The position numbers and the translations under genes are program-made. From an uncultured delta proteobacterium (lineage in GTDB: Bacteria > Myxococcota_A > Polyangia > Polyangiales > Polyangiaceae), in NCBI GenBank assembly GCA_963696385.1, contig CAVOKF010000003.1, positions 96,001-160,000 of the forward strand: a stretch of DNA of 64,000 nucleotides, given 5' to 3'. The notes beneath the pieces were generated by a model that made no database searches, was not told the DNA's origin, and worked only from the letters and a program-made list of their open reading frames with translations. Every line of letters begins with the position of its first letter. Position 1 is the stretch's first letter. This document shows positions 29,943 through 40,100 of the stretch, piece by piece.

Positions 29943-31472
29943 TTACGGGAGTTTCCATCGATAGCTAGGGTCCGGGACACACGTTGACCGCGGGAGGCTC
30001 ACGAGCGCGAAGGCTCCTTGCGTGGCGACGATGCGACCCCAGCCCACGGGATGGCCGAACGTAATGACGTAGTTGTAATAGCCGGCGCTCGTTGAAGTCC
30101 CGCGCGGGAAGATGGGCACGTTGCGGTGCAAATACGTCGCTCCACCGGTCCATGCGAGGTGAGCCGGCTCGATGTCGATGCCGCAGAGATCCACTTGATC
30201 GTGTGCCGCAAGAAGGAGGCGGTTCACCGGACCAAAGTCGTCGTAGGCGCTCGCACGCGGTCGCTCGTGTTCGTATTGACCGAGCTCGCCGAACGTCAGT
30301 TGGTGGAAGCGCGTGCCTGCAACGATCGAGCAGACTGCTGCGACCGCGGCCGGCCATCGGGCGTCTACGGGGACCCAGGAGGCGACCCAGGAAAAGCCGG
30401 CGCCCGCCAGCGCGAACCACAAGGGCAAGAGCGGCAAGACGAACCGAAGCTCCTTGTGCCCGATGAGCGAATGCGACAGCAAGTAGAGGAGCACGATGCC
30501 GAACAGCCCCGGCGAACGAACGGCGGCCAGGAGCGCAAGCGGAGCCGCGATCGCGGCCACAATCGGCATCGACGTCCATAGGACGCGCAAGTAATACGTG
30601 TTTTCCGATTCGCCCCATTGCGCCGCTTTTCCTTCGAGGACATTGAACCGAAGATACGCGACTGCCGAGTGAAACCACTCGCCCCAGGTCAGCCGATCGA
30701 GCGCTCCATAGAGGACGGCCCACCCGGCAAGCACGAGGGCGCACGTCGCCGCGTGACGCCACCTTCGGCGAAGCATCAGCAGGCCCAATATGCCGACGCA
30801 AAAAATGCCGTTTTGAAGCCGAAGGAGCGCGGAGAACCCAAGGAGCGACGCGCCCACCAGGACGTCTCGTCGGCCGGCGGCCGGCCGGATCGCCCACGCG
30901 AATCCGAATACGACCGCCGCCGCCGAGGCGGTCTCGCTCAGGGCCTTCGGGGCAAAGTAAATGGCCGGTGGAGCGAGCGCGAAGAACGTCGCTCCGACAG
31001 CCGCGCCAATCGGCCGCGCTCCGCACGAACGGGCAAGCCGATAGGTCCCCCACGCCGTAACCATCCCGATCGCCGAGAATACGAGCCGGATGGCGATGAG
31101 GTAGTGCCGCGGGTGGTCGCCTCCCACCAGCGCCGCGACTTTGAGAACGGCGGCGACGAGCCCAGGAAATGCCCAGTTACGAGCACCCTCGGCGAATTCC
31201 CACGGGATGAGGCCGTATCCGAAGACGAGGCGGTGCGCCGGCTCAAGGCTCTGGTAAATCTCGTCCGGCCAATAAATCCCATCGTCGTGGAAGCAGAGCC
31301 AGACGCGCAGGACGAGGCCCAGGCCGAGAAGAGCCGCGAACGCGCCCTTCGATGGACGGTCCAACGCCCCGTTGGACGCACGCCCGTCGGACCGGTTCGG
31401 CGTGGTGGCCATGGGGGCTGGCGCTAAAGACGTTGGCTCTCGTCGATCGCCCTGGGCGCCGAGATCCGACAC
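29943..31472 (-). CDS. GT22 (Alg9/PIG-B-like) GT-C-fold glycosyltransferase
   Basis: YWPDEIYQSLEPAH...YG..PWE after TM1 and SLIGHKELRFVLP, hallmark motifs of PIG-B/Gpi10; many TM helices. ATG 31412 is an alternative start. Confidence 0.85.
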   Translation of the reverse strand: MSDLGAQGDRREPTSLAPAPMATTPNRSDGRASNGALDRPSKGAFAALLGLGLVLRVWLCFHDDGIYWPDEIYQSLEPAHRLVFGYGLIPWEFAEGARNWAFPGLVAAVLKVAALVGGDHPRHYLIAIRLVFSAIGMVTAWGTYRLARSCGARPIGAAVGATFFALAPPAIYFAPKALSETASAAAVVFGFAWAIRPAAGRRDVLVGASLLGFSALLRLQNGIFCVGILGLLMLRRRWRHAATCALVLAGWAVLYGALDRLTWGEWFHSAVAYLRFNVLEGKAAQWGESENTYYLRVLWTSMPIVAAIAAPLALLAAVRSPGLFGIVLLYLLSHSLIGHKELRFVLPLLPLWFALAGAGFSWVASWVPVDARWPAAVAAVCSIVAGTRFHQLTFGELGQYEHERPRASAYDDFGPVNRLLLAAHDQVDLCGIDIEPAHLAWTGGATYLHRNVPIFPRGTSTSAGYYNYVITFGHPVGWGRIVATQGAFALVSLPRSTCVPDPSYRWKLP

Positions 31473-31573
31473 GGGTCCGGCACGTGTACCGCACGCCTAC
31501 GCGCAGGGTCGACCACCGAAAGACGGCGCGGTGGCATTCCGAAGCGCTCGCAATCGGGTAAAGTGCCGCACCC

Positions 31574-32689
31574 ATGCGGATCGGTGCTTTGGCTTCCTTT
31601 GGTCTTCTCGGTGGATCGGTGTCCGTCGCAGTCGCCTGCGCGCCGTCGACGGCCGCGCCCTCTCCGCCGGTCGTCGCGTCTACCTCGGTACCCGCCCCCT
31701 CCCCCTCACCCGCAACGGCCGGAACCGCCGGCGTGGGGTCGGCCCCCGCGACCGGCTCCACTGCCGCCGCCCTTGCTACGTCGGTTCCGCCGCACGTCAA
31801 AGGTCAAAACCCGTTCGAAGGCGTCCATCTGTACGTCAATCCGTATAGCCAAGCGGCGAGTGCAGCCGAGGAATGGCAGACGAGTCATCCCGCGGATGCG
31901 ACGTTGCTCCGCAAGATTGCTGAACAGCCGACCGGGTGGTGGATGGGCGAGTGGAGCGGAGACATCGAGCCGGCGGTCCACAACCTAGGCAACGCTTCGA
32001 ACAGTTTGGGCATGGTCCCGGTCGTCGTGGCCTATAACGTGCCCAATCGAGATTGCGGTCAGTATTCCAAGGGCGGATCGACCTCCGCCGACGCGTACAA
32101 GAAGTGGATTCGTGCCTTCGCCAAAGGAGCAGGCTCGTTCCGGATGATTGTCGTACTCGAGCCCGATGCTCTTGGCCTCATGACCAAGTGCCTGTCACCG
32201 ACGGATCAAAAGGCACGGCTCGCCATGATTCACGACGCGGTCGACGTGCTGGAGGCGACGCCCGGGGTGTCCGTATACGTCGATGGGGGCAATGCGAAAT
32301 GGGTCCGAGCGCCCGACATGGCCAAGCGGTTGAGGGCCGCCGGAGTCGAAGACGCAGACGGGTTTTCGCTCAACGTTTCGAACTACGTCGCGACCGACGA
32401 AACCATCGCGTACGGTCACGCCATCTCCGCGGCTCTCGGCAACAAGATTCATTTCATCATCGACACGGGTCGGAACGGCAACGGCGCGACCCCGGACGCC
32501 GAATGGTGCAATCCGAAGGGGCGGGCGCTCGGCCCCGCTCCGACGACCCATACGGGTGATCCACTCGTGGACGCGTACTTCTGGGTGAAGCCCCCGGGTG
32601 AGTCCGACGGAACCTGCAACGGGGGTCCCAAGGCGGGCGACTATTGGCCGCAAGCTGCGGTCGACCTCGCCAAAAATTCCAAGCCCTGA
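31574..32689 (+). CDS. Glycoside hydrolase family 6 cellulase, predicted lipoprotein
   Basis: YNVPNRDCG, VLEPDAL, FSLNVSNY, IDTGRNGNG, WCNP and FWVKPPGESDG. Lipobox-like VAVAC followed by a Pro/Ser/Thr/Ala linker. Confidence 0.94.
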   Translation: MRIGALASFGLLGGSVSVAVACAPSTAAPSPPVVASTSVPAPSPSPATAGTAGVGSAPATGSTAAALATSVPPHVKGQNPFEGVHLYVNPYSQAASAAEEWQTSHPADATLLRKIAEQPTGWWMGEWSGDIEPAVHNLGNASNSLGMVPVVVAYNVPNRDCGQYSKGGSTSADAYKKWIRAFAKGAGSFRMIVVLEPDALGLMTKCLSPTDQKARLAMIHDAVDVLEATPGVSVYVDGGNAKWVRAPDMAKRLRAAGVEDADGFSLNVSNYVATDETIAYGHAISAALGNKIHFIIDTGRNGNGATPDAEWCNPKGRALGPAPTTHTGDPLVDAYFWVKPPGESDGTCNGGPKAGDYWPQAAVDLAKNSKP

Positions 32690-32770
32690 GCCGCGGGCGA
32701 CGCAGGGTCGTGCTGCACCCAACGCTCTCTTTCGCACTGCCCGATCGCCATCGACCGAGGACTCCACCGT

Positions 32771-34027
32771 TCAACGCGCCAACATCATCACGGTGCTTGT
32801 GGCGTAATCGGTCCAGTAAACGCCATTGTCGTCGACGGTAATCCCCCAAGGATGGCCCTGGTTGGACGCCAGAATGGTGGGGGCGCCTCCGCTCTTCGGC
32901 ACCATCGCGATCGAACCGTCGTTCGATTGCGTTCCCGCGTTCGTCCAGTAAAGATTCGACCCGTCCTGCGCGAGCCGAAAGGGGTGATTCTGGCCGGATG
33001 CAAGCGGCTGTTGAAGAATGGCACCGCTTTTCGAGATTTCGGCGACATTGCCCATGTTATCGGCCCAATAGACGTTCGCGTCATCGACCGCGACGTCGGT
33101 AATCGTCGCATTCAACGGGCTCTGCGCGATCGGGCTCGGATCAAAAGCCGTGGTCGCCAACTCTTGCGAGAACAGTTGATTTCTAATGGCGAAGTAGACC
33201 TTGACCGTGTCCCCGGCCATTGCGCTGGCAGGGGCCGAAAGGGGTCCGATCTTGGTCCACCCGACGTTGTTGGTCCCCGGCGCAGCCTCGACGAAAATGT
33301 ACGAAGAGGAGGCTGACCCGCACAGGCCGCCGCTCAAATAAAGATTCGACCCATCCTGAGCAAGTCGATTGACGGTTCCCGAACAGACCGAGGTCGGATA
33401 CGCGCAGCCCAGGGTGCCGCCGTCGCCGGTGAGCGAATAGGGTAGAAACGTGGCGCAGTTCTGACTCGTTACGAATACGCCGACGAGCGCGTAAAGGTAC
33501 AGCGTATCGGCGAGCAGGTCGGTAGGCGGAGGAGCGAGGGCCAAGGCTGTCGATGCAAATGGAGTCGACCCCAAGGCGGAGTCCGCGGCGACGGGGCCGA
33601 ACCACCCGTCCGACGAACGAGCCAATCTGTGGATCGTCGAGTCTCCGTAATCGGCCCAATAAAGGGCTCCGCTCGTCTGCACAATGCCTTCCGGAGCATT
33701 TTCCCCGGAAGCGAGCGTAATCACGGGCCCCGCGAACGCCGTCCGCCCGGCTTCTGCATCGACGCCCGTCTCGTCGCCCGCATTCGCCGCTTCGGCCGCC
33801 GAGTCGCCCGCCGCGTCGCCCGCCGCGTCGAGCGGCCCGGAGGACGAATCGTCGGCATCCCACGCAGAAGCGTCGGTCGAAGCCTCAGGGGCTACGGCCG
33901 CATCGCCGTCGTTCGATTCGAATACCCTGTGGCCGTCGGGAGGGCCAACGAGTAGCGCGCACGCGCCGAGCGAGCACGCGAGGACAGCTGCCGTGGATTG
34001 CGCGAAGCGAAGGCGATCGATGACCAT
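32771..34027 (-). CDS. Lipoprotein with YWTN/YWTD-type beta-propeller repeats
   Basis: LGAC lipobox, D/A/G-rich linker, repeats LYWADYG, VYWADN, LYWTNAG and VYWTDY. Confidence 0.82.
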   Translation of the reverse strand: MVIDRLRFAQSTAAVLACSLGACALLVGPPDGHRVFESNDGDAAVAPEASTDASAWDADDSSSGPLDAAGDAAGDSAAEAANAGDETGVDAEAGRTAFAGPVITLASGENAPEGIVQTSGALYWADYGDSTIHRLARSSDGWFGPVAADSALGSTPFASTALALAPPPTDLLADTLYLYALVGVFVTSQNCATFLPYSLTGDGGTLGCAYPTSVCSGTVNRLAQDGSNLYLSGGLCGSASSSYIFVEAAPGTNNVGWTKIGPLSAPASAMAGDTVKVYFAIRNQLFSQELATTAFDPSPIAQSPLNATITDVAVDDANVYWADNMGNVAEISKSGAILQQPLASGQNHPFRLAQDGSNLYWTNAGTQSNDGSIAMVPKSGGAPTILASNQGHPWGITVDDNGVYWTDYATSTVMMLAR

Positions 34028-34146
34028 TGAGGATAAGCACTCACGTCTCCAAACGTGACCGTGGGCGACGTGCCGCGCCCGGCCATGCGGCGGAGCGCGC
34101 TCTTCTATGATACCCAAAATGTGGCTGCGGACGACGTAACCGTAAC

Positions 34147-35130
34147 TTACCAGCCGACGAACGCTCTCACTCCGTGAGCCCCAATGTCGGGGGCTATTCG
34201 CCAGGTAGACGCCTGGTGGCCGGTATGGGCTTTGCCCGACAACAGCAGATAAGCACCACCACTCAGCGCCGTGATGCCCGCTGCGACCGAAACGGTGGAG
34301 ATCGCCTCTGCCGTTTTCATCGCGCCGATGGCGTTCAGTCCGAGCTGCGTGCAGAAGTCGGCGTTGCATTCGTTGTCGGCCGTGCGCTTGTCAGAAAAGG
34401 CCCGCAGTCCAAAAAACGCCCCCGCTCCGACGAGAGCCAGCCCCGCGCCACCTGCGACAAGGCCCCACGCGCGGCGAGCGTCGAGCCACGGCTGTGGCTC
34501 AGCGGGGACCTCAGGCCCTGGGACAGCGGTCCCAAGAAACGGGACCGGGCCACGACTCGGAGCGAGCGCCGGCAACCGCAGAGTCCGGGTCCCGGAACCG
34601 GTCGGGACGACGAAGGCCTCCGAGAACGGCTTTCTGCCCCATGCCGTCGCACGGATGACATGGTCGCCAGGATCAATCGGAATGGGCGTACGAAACGCGC
34701 CGGGGCCGAGCGGCCGGTCGTCGAGCACGACTTGAGCGCCGTACGACGGGTCCGCGTCGACCACCACGTGTGGGAGCGCGGACTCCAGCAGCCGGGCGTG
34801 CTCGCGGGCTACCGTCTCTCGTTCCACCTGGCCGGCGCGGCGAGCGCTCTCGGCGACCTCCAAGTACTCGGCCCAGGCACTGGCCGTACGACCGGTTTTC
34901 TCGTGGCAAAGGGCGAGGTTGATGAGGGTTCCCGGCTTTGGGTCGACGCGCTGGCTCTCGGCAAACTTCGGGCAGGCTTCCGGGAATCGCCCCTCCGCCA
35001 TCAGATCACGCCCGTTGCGGAATAAGGCCTCTGCGAGCGCACTGGGATCATCGCCTTGCGCCGACGCGTTGGGGCCCGAGACGAGAACCCCGAGCCCGAC
35101 CAGGGCCGCCGGGCGCGCGATGGAACCCAT
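34147..35130 (-). CDS. Secreted TPR + PEGA-like protein with C-terminal hydrophobic segments
   Basis: AEALFRNGRDLM...ACPKFAESQRVDPKPGTLINLALCHEK (TPR), IDPGDHVIRA (PEGA-like), Gly/Ala-rich TM pair, terminal W. Confidence 0.85.
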   Translation of the reverse strand: MGSIARPAALVGLGVLVSGPNASAQGDDPSALAEALFRNGRDLMAEGRFPEACPKFAESQRVDPKPGTLINLALCHEKTGRTASAWAEYLEVAESARRAGQVERETVAREHARLLESALPHVVVDADPSYGAQVVLDDRPLGPGAFRTPIPIDPGDHVIRATAWGRKPFSEAFVVPTGSGTRTLRLPALAPSRGPVPFLGTAVPGPEVPAEPQPWLDARRAWGLVAGGAGLALVGAGAFFGLRAFSDKRTADNECNADFCTQLGLNAIGAMKTAEAISTVSVAAGITALSGGAYLLLSGKAHTGHQASTWRIAPDIGAHGVRAFVGW

Positions 35131-35207
35131 CGGGTCAATTTATCGACCCGGCGGCCGTTCGGCAATTCGGGCTCGCCGCGGCTCCCGTGGGCGGGCTGCG
35201 CTCGCCA

Positions 35208-35777
35208 TCAATTCCCGTCGAGTATGTCCTTGACGATGCGCGCGTAATCCGGGTCCCGACGATGGCTCACCCGCGAGACCGGACGCTCGCGCTGGGGCGT
35301 GGGCGGGTCCAGCTTCTTTAGGTGCCCGCGCAAAATGAGCTGCGACACCGACGGAAGCGACGCGAAACGAAGCCCCACCGCTCGCCCGGAGTCGCCCGTC
35401 CGCCGCCCCTCGACGACGCGCACCACGATCGCTCGGGTATCGAACCAAATCGGAAATTCGGTGGCCATGAAACTTACGACGAGCACGGATTCCCGATCGA
35501 GCCGTTCATCGGAGAGCAGCAACATTCCCTGAGGCGAAAGGTCGACGCCGCGATCCCCGACGAGCCTTTGTCCATTGGGTCGACGGACACGGCATCCGAA
35601 GCGAAGGGCGCGCCGAATCTCTGCGCGGCGGTTGGGACCTACTCCGCATGCTGCGTAGGTGAGCAACGCCGGAGGCCCACGCAGCGAGGCGGCGAGCGCG
35701 TACGAGCCTGCGGAGCTCAACCGCGGGCGCGCGGGCGGAGCTTGGGGCGAAAGAACAGGCAAAGGCATGGGAGGCAT
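35208..35777 (-). CDS. PilZ-domain protein
   Basis: RRAEIRR (RxxxR) and DLSPQG (DxSxxG); VEGRRTGD...VGLRF. Start uncertain. Confidence 0.85.
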   Translation of the reverse strand: MPPMPLPVLSPQAPPARPRLSSAGSYALAASLRGPPALLTYAACGVGPNRRAEIRRALRFGCRVRRPNGQRLVGDRGVDLSPQGMLLLSDERLDRESVLVVSFMATEFPIWFDTRAIVVRVVEGRRTGDSGRAVGLRFASLPSVSQLILRGHLKKLDPPTPQRERPVSRVSHRRDPDYARIVKDILDGN

Positions 35778-35911
35778 CCCTTCGATGGCAAGACACCGAT
35801 CGCGACTGGCCGGCGGTCCACGGCTCAAACACCGAATCTTAGCCGGCGCGCCTCGCGCGAGGCCAAATTGGCTGCGTGACAACCAGCTGCCCCCCCCCGG
35901 CACGGTCGCCA

Positions 35912-36331
35912 TCACGACAGCGCGGCCAAGTGCACCGTGGCCGCGTAGTCGACGCGCGGCTCACGCATCGGCAAGGGCGGCGGCACCCGACGCAGCGCTC
36001 CACGCAAATAGCGCTCGACATTCGGGGGCAAAGGCTCGAATTCGAGGCCGAAGCACCGACCCGTCCAATCCGCTGGGCGCCGTCCGTGGAGCACGCGCGC
36101 GATCGTTGCCTGTGCGTCGAACCACGGCCCGGCACGGTGCAGCCGGAATTCGACGATGACCGGTTCGCCGGTCAATGCCGGCTCATCGCCGACGACCAAC
36201 ATGCCAAGGTGGGAGAGATCGACTGCTCGCCGTCCAAGGAAGCGGAAATCCCGTTCGCGGATGACGTTGCACTCGACGCGGATGGCGCGCCGAATGGCGC
36301 GCCGCTGGTCGGCCTGGACGAGTGTGCGCAT
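35912..36331 (-). CDS. PilZ-domain protein
   Basis: QRRAIRR and DLSHLG; LHGRRPAD...FGLEF; GGAGGG SD before ATG 36331. Confidence 0.87.
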   Translation of the reverse strand: MRTLVQADQRRAIRRAIRVECNVIRERDFRFLGRRAVDLSHLGMLVVGDEPALTGEPVIVEFRLHRAGPWFDAQATIARVLHGRRPADWTGRCFGLEFEPLPPNVERYLRGALRRVPPPLPMREPRVDYAATVHLAALS

Positions 36332-36405
36332 GAGCCCCTCCAAGCTCGAATGGTGTGCAGAGGGTGCGGGGCCGGCCAACTTCTCGGTTGCGCGCGCCAC
36401 GGAAG

Positions 36406-36870
36406 TCACCAGCGGTGAAACGCGGGGTGCCCTTCTTTCACGACGACGAATACGCCGCGGCATGTCGCCGTCACATTTCCGTTTGCCTCGATGGCGGAAT
36501 CGACAGTGGCCCGATCGATGGCCGCTGAGACGACCTTCGCATGCAGCACCAGCTCCGCATCGAGCGGGGTCGGGCGCTTCAGCCTAACCGCGAATTGTGC
36601 GGTCACCGTGCAAGGCGGCACGCTCGTCCCCGCATTTCGCATCAAGTGCCAGGCGGCGGTCCAGTTGGAATGGCAGTCGAGCAACGCCCCGCAGATGCCT
36701 CCGTTTACAACCCCCGCGAAAGCAAGGTGATGTGGCTGCGGCCGCCAACGAGCCACGCACGCGTCGTCATCTTGAGCGAAGCTCCGAATGCGCAGTCCCT
36801 TGTCATTGCTGGGACCGCATCCAAAGCAGACGCTGTCGGGTGCGTACTTCTCTTGGAGACTCGAATCCAT
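36406..36870 (-). CDS. PaaI-family (hotdog) thioesterase
   Basis: CFGCGPSNDKGL, GVVNGGICGALLD, VTAQFAVRLKRPTP. Confidence 0.88.
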   Translation of the reverse strand: MDSSLQEKYAPDSVCFGCGPSNDKGLRIRSFAQDDDACVARWRPQPHHLAFAGVVNGGICGALLDCHSNWTAAWHLMRNAGTSVPPCTVTAQFAVRLKRPTPLDAELVLHAKVVSAAIDRATVDSAIEANGNVTATCRGVFVVVKEGHPAFHRW

Positions 36871-36993
36871 CGTGCAGCCGCCCCATAGCGCCAGGAAGAC
36901 AGTTCGTTCGCACGTACCGGAAAGAACGAAGCGCCGGATCCCGACCTAATTCCTGCATCGCGTCGGGCGCCCGTCGCGCGGGCTGGCTCGAAC

Positions 36994-37134
36994 TTAGCTC
37001 GGACTGGGTTTCGCCTTGGTCGCGGCGGGATCCGCCGCAGCGGATGCGGCCTGCCCGAGGCGCCACTCGGCCAGGCGCTTCGTCCGGCGAATCTTTTGTT
37101 TGCGTCGCTTGCCCGGGTCTTGGGGAGTCGCCAT
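36994..37134 (-). CDS. Small basic protein, 46 aa (MATPQDPGKRRKQKIRRTKRLAEWRLGQAASAAADPAATKAKPSPS)
   Basis: Fits the gap between the kinase and thioesterase genes on the same strand, with a TAA stop. Lys content is unlike shadow ORFs. TG-C-TAGCCT lies 10 nt before the ATG. Confidence 0.65.
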   Translation of the reverse strand: MATPQDPGKRRKQKIRRTKRLAEWRLGQAASAAADPAATKAKPSPS

Positions 37135-37163
37135 TGTAGCCGCGAGGCTAGCATGCCGAGCGC

Positions 37164-40100
37164 TCATGCCTCGCGCGAAGTGGGCGCCGAAATCCGGGCG
37201 ATCGCACGGCCACTGGCCGCCTCGATTTGGCTCAGCCACGTCTCGATTTTCTCGAGCGCCGGACCCGCCCAGGTCATTCTGCCGAGCCGCACGAGCAGAT
37301 GCGGCGTGTGATCGCCCGTACGCGCAAGGGCCTCCGCGGCGCGGGCGCTGCCGCTTTCGAGCGTTGGGACGACGAAGGCGGTCCGCGCGGCGTCGAGCTC
37401 CGCGGCTGCGTGCGCCCAGCGCCCCTGCCTTTGCGCGAGCCATGCGCGGGTCAGGTGCCTGTGCTGTCGTGGCTCAGCCTCGTCGAGCACCGCCTTATCG
37501 CACGCCGATACAATCGCAGCGGCTCTTTCATCGTCACGCGCGAGGGCGACCTGGGCGAGAAGGAGGCGCGCCTCGAGCTGCCCCCAAGGATCGTGCAGTT
37601 TCTCGTAGATTTTGAATGCCACGCGCGCATGGGCCTCCGAGGCTTCGTAGTCGTCCGAATCGAGTGCCACCATGGCGAGCAGACGCTCGCAAGCGGCTTC
37701 GCCGCGGGGGTTTTCCACTTCGCGGAAGCTCGCCCGGGCCGCCAAAGCGCGCGCCCGAGCACGCGCGAACTCGAACGCGCGGTGATCCGCGTGTCCGAGT
37801 GCGACGTCGCTCTGGGCGACCCCAAGTCGATATCCGATCCCATCGAATTCGGTGCGCGCCCGAGCAAGCAGGTCCCGCCCCCGCTGAAAGGCGCCCGCAG
37901 CCTCCTCAATGAGCGCCAGCAAAATGAGGCACTGTGCGCGTCCGAGCACGTCCGCGACATGGGTACATCGCTCGATGGCCTTATTGAGCGTCGCTCGCGA
38001 GCGGGCATGATCCCCGAGCAAATAGTCGATTTCACCGAGCACGACCTCGGCCTGCGCCCGCCCGGCGGCGTCGCCGAGCCGTCCATAGCGCTGCAGCGCC
38101 CCGGCGACGAGCACCCTTCCCTGTGCCGGCTGTCCCAAATCGCTTGCGATATGGCCGAGCAAGCGAAGCGCGCTGGCTTCGTTGGCCAAGTCGCCGCCCT
38201 GTTCAAAGGCCCGCCGCGCCGCCTCGCCTTCGGTGCGCGCCTCATCCAGACGGCCCATGTACCGAAGTGATTCCGCACGCCAGAGTGCCGCTTCCGCGGC
38301 GTTCGACCGGTTTAGGTGTCCCTTCAGCATTTCCAGATCCTGGAGCGTGGCCGACGTATCGCGTCCGCGGCGCCAGGATGCACGGATGAAGTCGAGCATC
38401 AGCTTGGCGGCCGTATCGTCGTCGCCCGCTCGGAGGAGATTCGTGACACGGTGTTTCATGATGCGGCGCGAGCCCACGCCAGGATGTTTTGCGAGCGCAT
38501 TCGCCGCCAATCGGTACACGCCCGGCGCGTCTTTGCGCTCGTTCAGGCGCTCGATCAAATGCTCCTGAAGCAGGGCGTGCGGCCAATGAAATTGGTCCAT
38601 GCCTGACGCAAGGAGAATTTGAGCACCCGTGAGAGCGGCGAACGCGTCGCGGGAGTCCACCCCGAGGGATGCACATAGCGTCTTCAACACCTCGCCGCGC
38701 ACATCATCGCCGAGCGCCGCGGCGGCGTAGGCGCTGAGGCGCAATTCCGTCGGGATCGCGCGGACTCGTTCGTCCCAAAGCTCGGCGGTCGTGATCGGTC
38801 GGCCATGGATCGCGTGCTCGGGGACACGGTACGTATCGCCGTCCAGAGTCAGGTATCCCCCCCCCGCCCATGCGTAGAGAAGCTGGAGCGCGAAGAGCGG
38901 GTTGCCCCGGCTTTGCTCGACGGCACGACGCACGGCTCCGTCTTCGAGGGGAAGCGCCGAGCGCAGCAGTGTTTCCGTGTCGTCGGTCCCGAGCGGCTTC
39001 AACTCGATCACGCGTCCGGTCCAAGCGGCCCTCAGGGCTTCCATCCGCAGCGCTGCGTCGATGTCCGTTGCAAGCGTTTCGCTTCGGGCGGTCGCCAAGA
39101 CGAACAACCTCAGTGCCGGGGCATCGCGCTTGAGGCGCGCGAGCACCTCGAACGTATTCGGTGAGGCGTAATGCAGGTCGTCGAGCCACATGAGCAACGG
39201 CCGGTCCGCGGCGAGGCGCTCGAGAAGTCGCTTGATCACGAGAAAGCGAAGCTCAGGGCGATCGAGAACGAATCGCTTTCCAGTCGGCCCGAGCGGGGCC
39301 ACAGAGCCGGGCGGCGTGGGTCTCAACCACTCGGCCGTCGCAGCGACCCAAGAAAGCGCTTCGTCGTCGTCCTGCGCGACGTCCCAGCGCGAGATCAAGG
39401 TCTGCTCGACCGTCGCCCGATCGGCACGCGTCAATCCGAAGTGGGCGGCAATCGCGCCGGTGATTCCATCGAGCGCCGAGGGCGTGCGGCCGTAGCGGGC
39501 TCGGAGGGGCAGCATGACGCCCCTTTCGTGCACTTCGGCGCAGAGCCACTCGGCGATGCGGCTCTTGCCGACGCCTGCGTCGCCGATGAGAGCCACCAGG
39601 TCCTGGTGCTCATCGCCGCCCGCGATGCCCTCCACGGATCTCCAAAGCTCCCGGCGTTCGTCGTGCCGCGCGACCAGCATCGGCGCGCGAAGACTCAAGA
39701 TGCCGGGCGCAAGGGAGCGGGCGTACGCTGCCGGTACCGCGCGCGAGCTTGGGTTGCCCTGAACAATCTCCTCAAGCGTCGAAGCGTGGGCAGGCTTGAG
39801 CCGCACCCACGCTTTGCGCGCGTCGGCAGCCACCTCGAAGCGGTTCCATGGCTTCTTCTCGAGAAGCCTGAGCACGAATTTGCTGGCGGCCGGAGGTGCA
39901 TCGTCCGGCAAGCGGACTGGCGCCACGGCCAGTCGCTTGTGGGCGCGAAGCACCTCTTGAGCGGTCCCCTCGAAGACCTCTCGACCACTGAGCACCCGGT
40001 ACATCACGCAGCCGAGCGCGTAGAGGTCCGTCGCCGGCCCTACGAGCGCAGCTTGTCGGCGGATCTGCTCGGGCGCCACCCAGCCGACGGTCCCTGCGCC

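Noticed and set aside
33780..33900. Short 12-bp duplication GTCGCCCGCCGC
   Set aside because: It encodes the low-complexity DAAG linker of the lipoprotein and is not an independent element.
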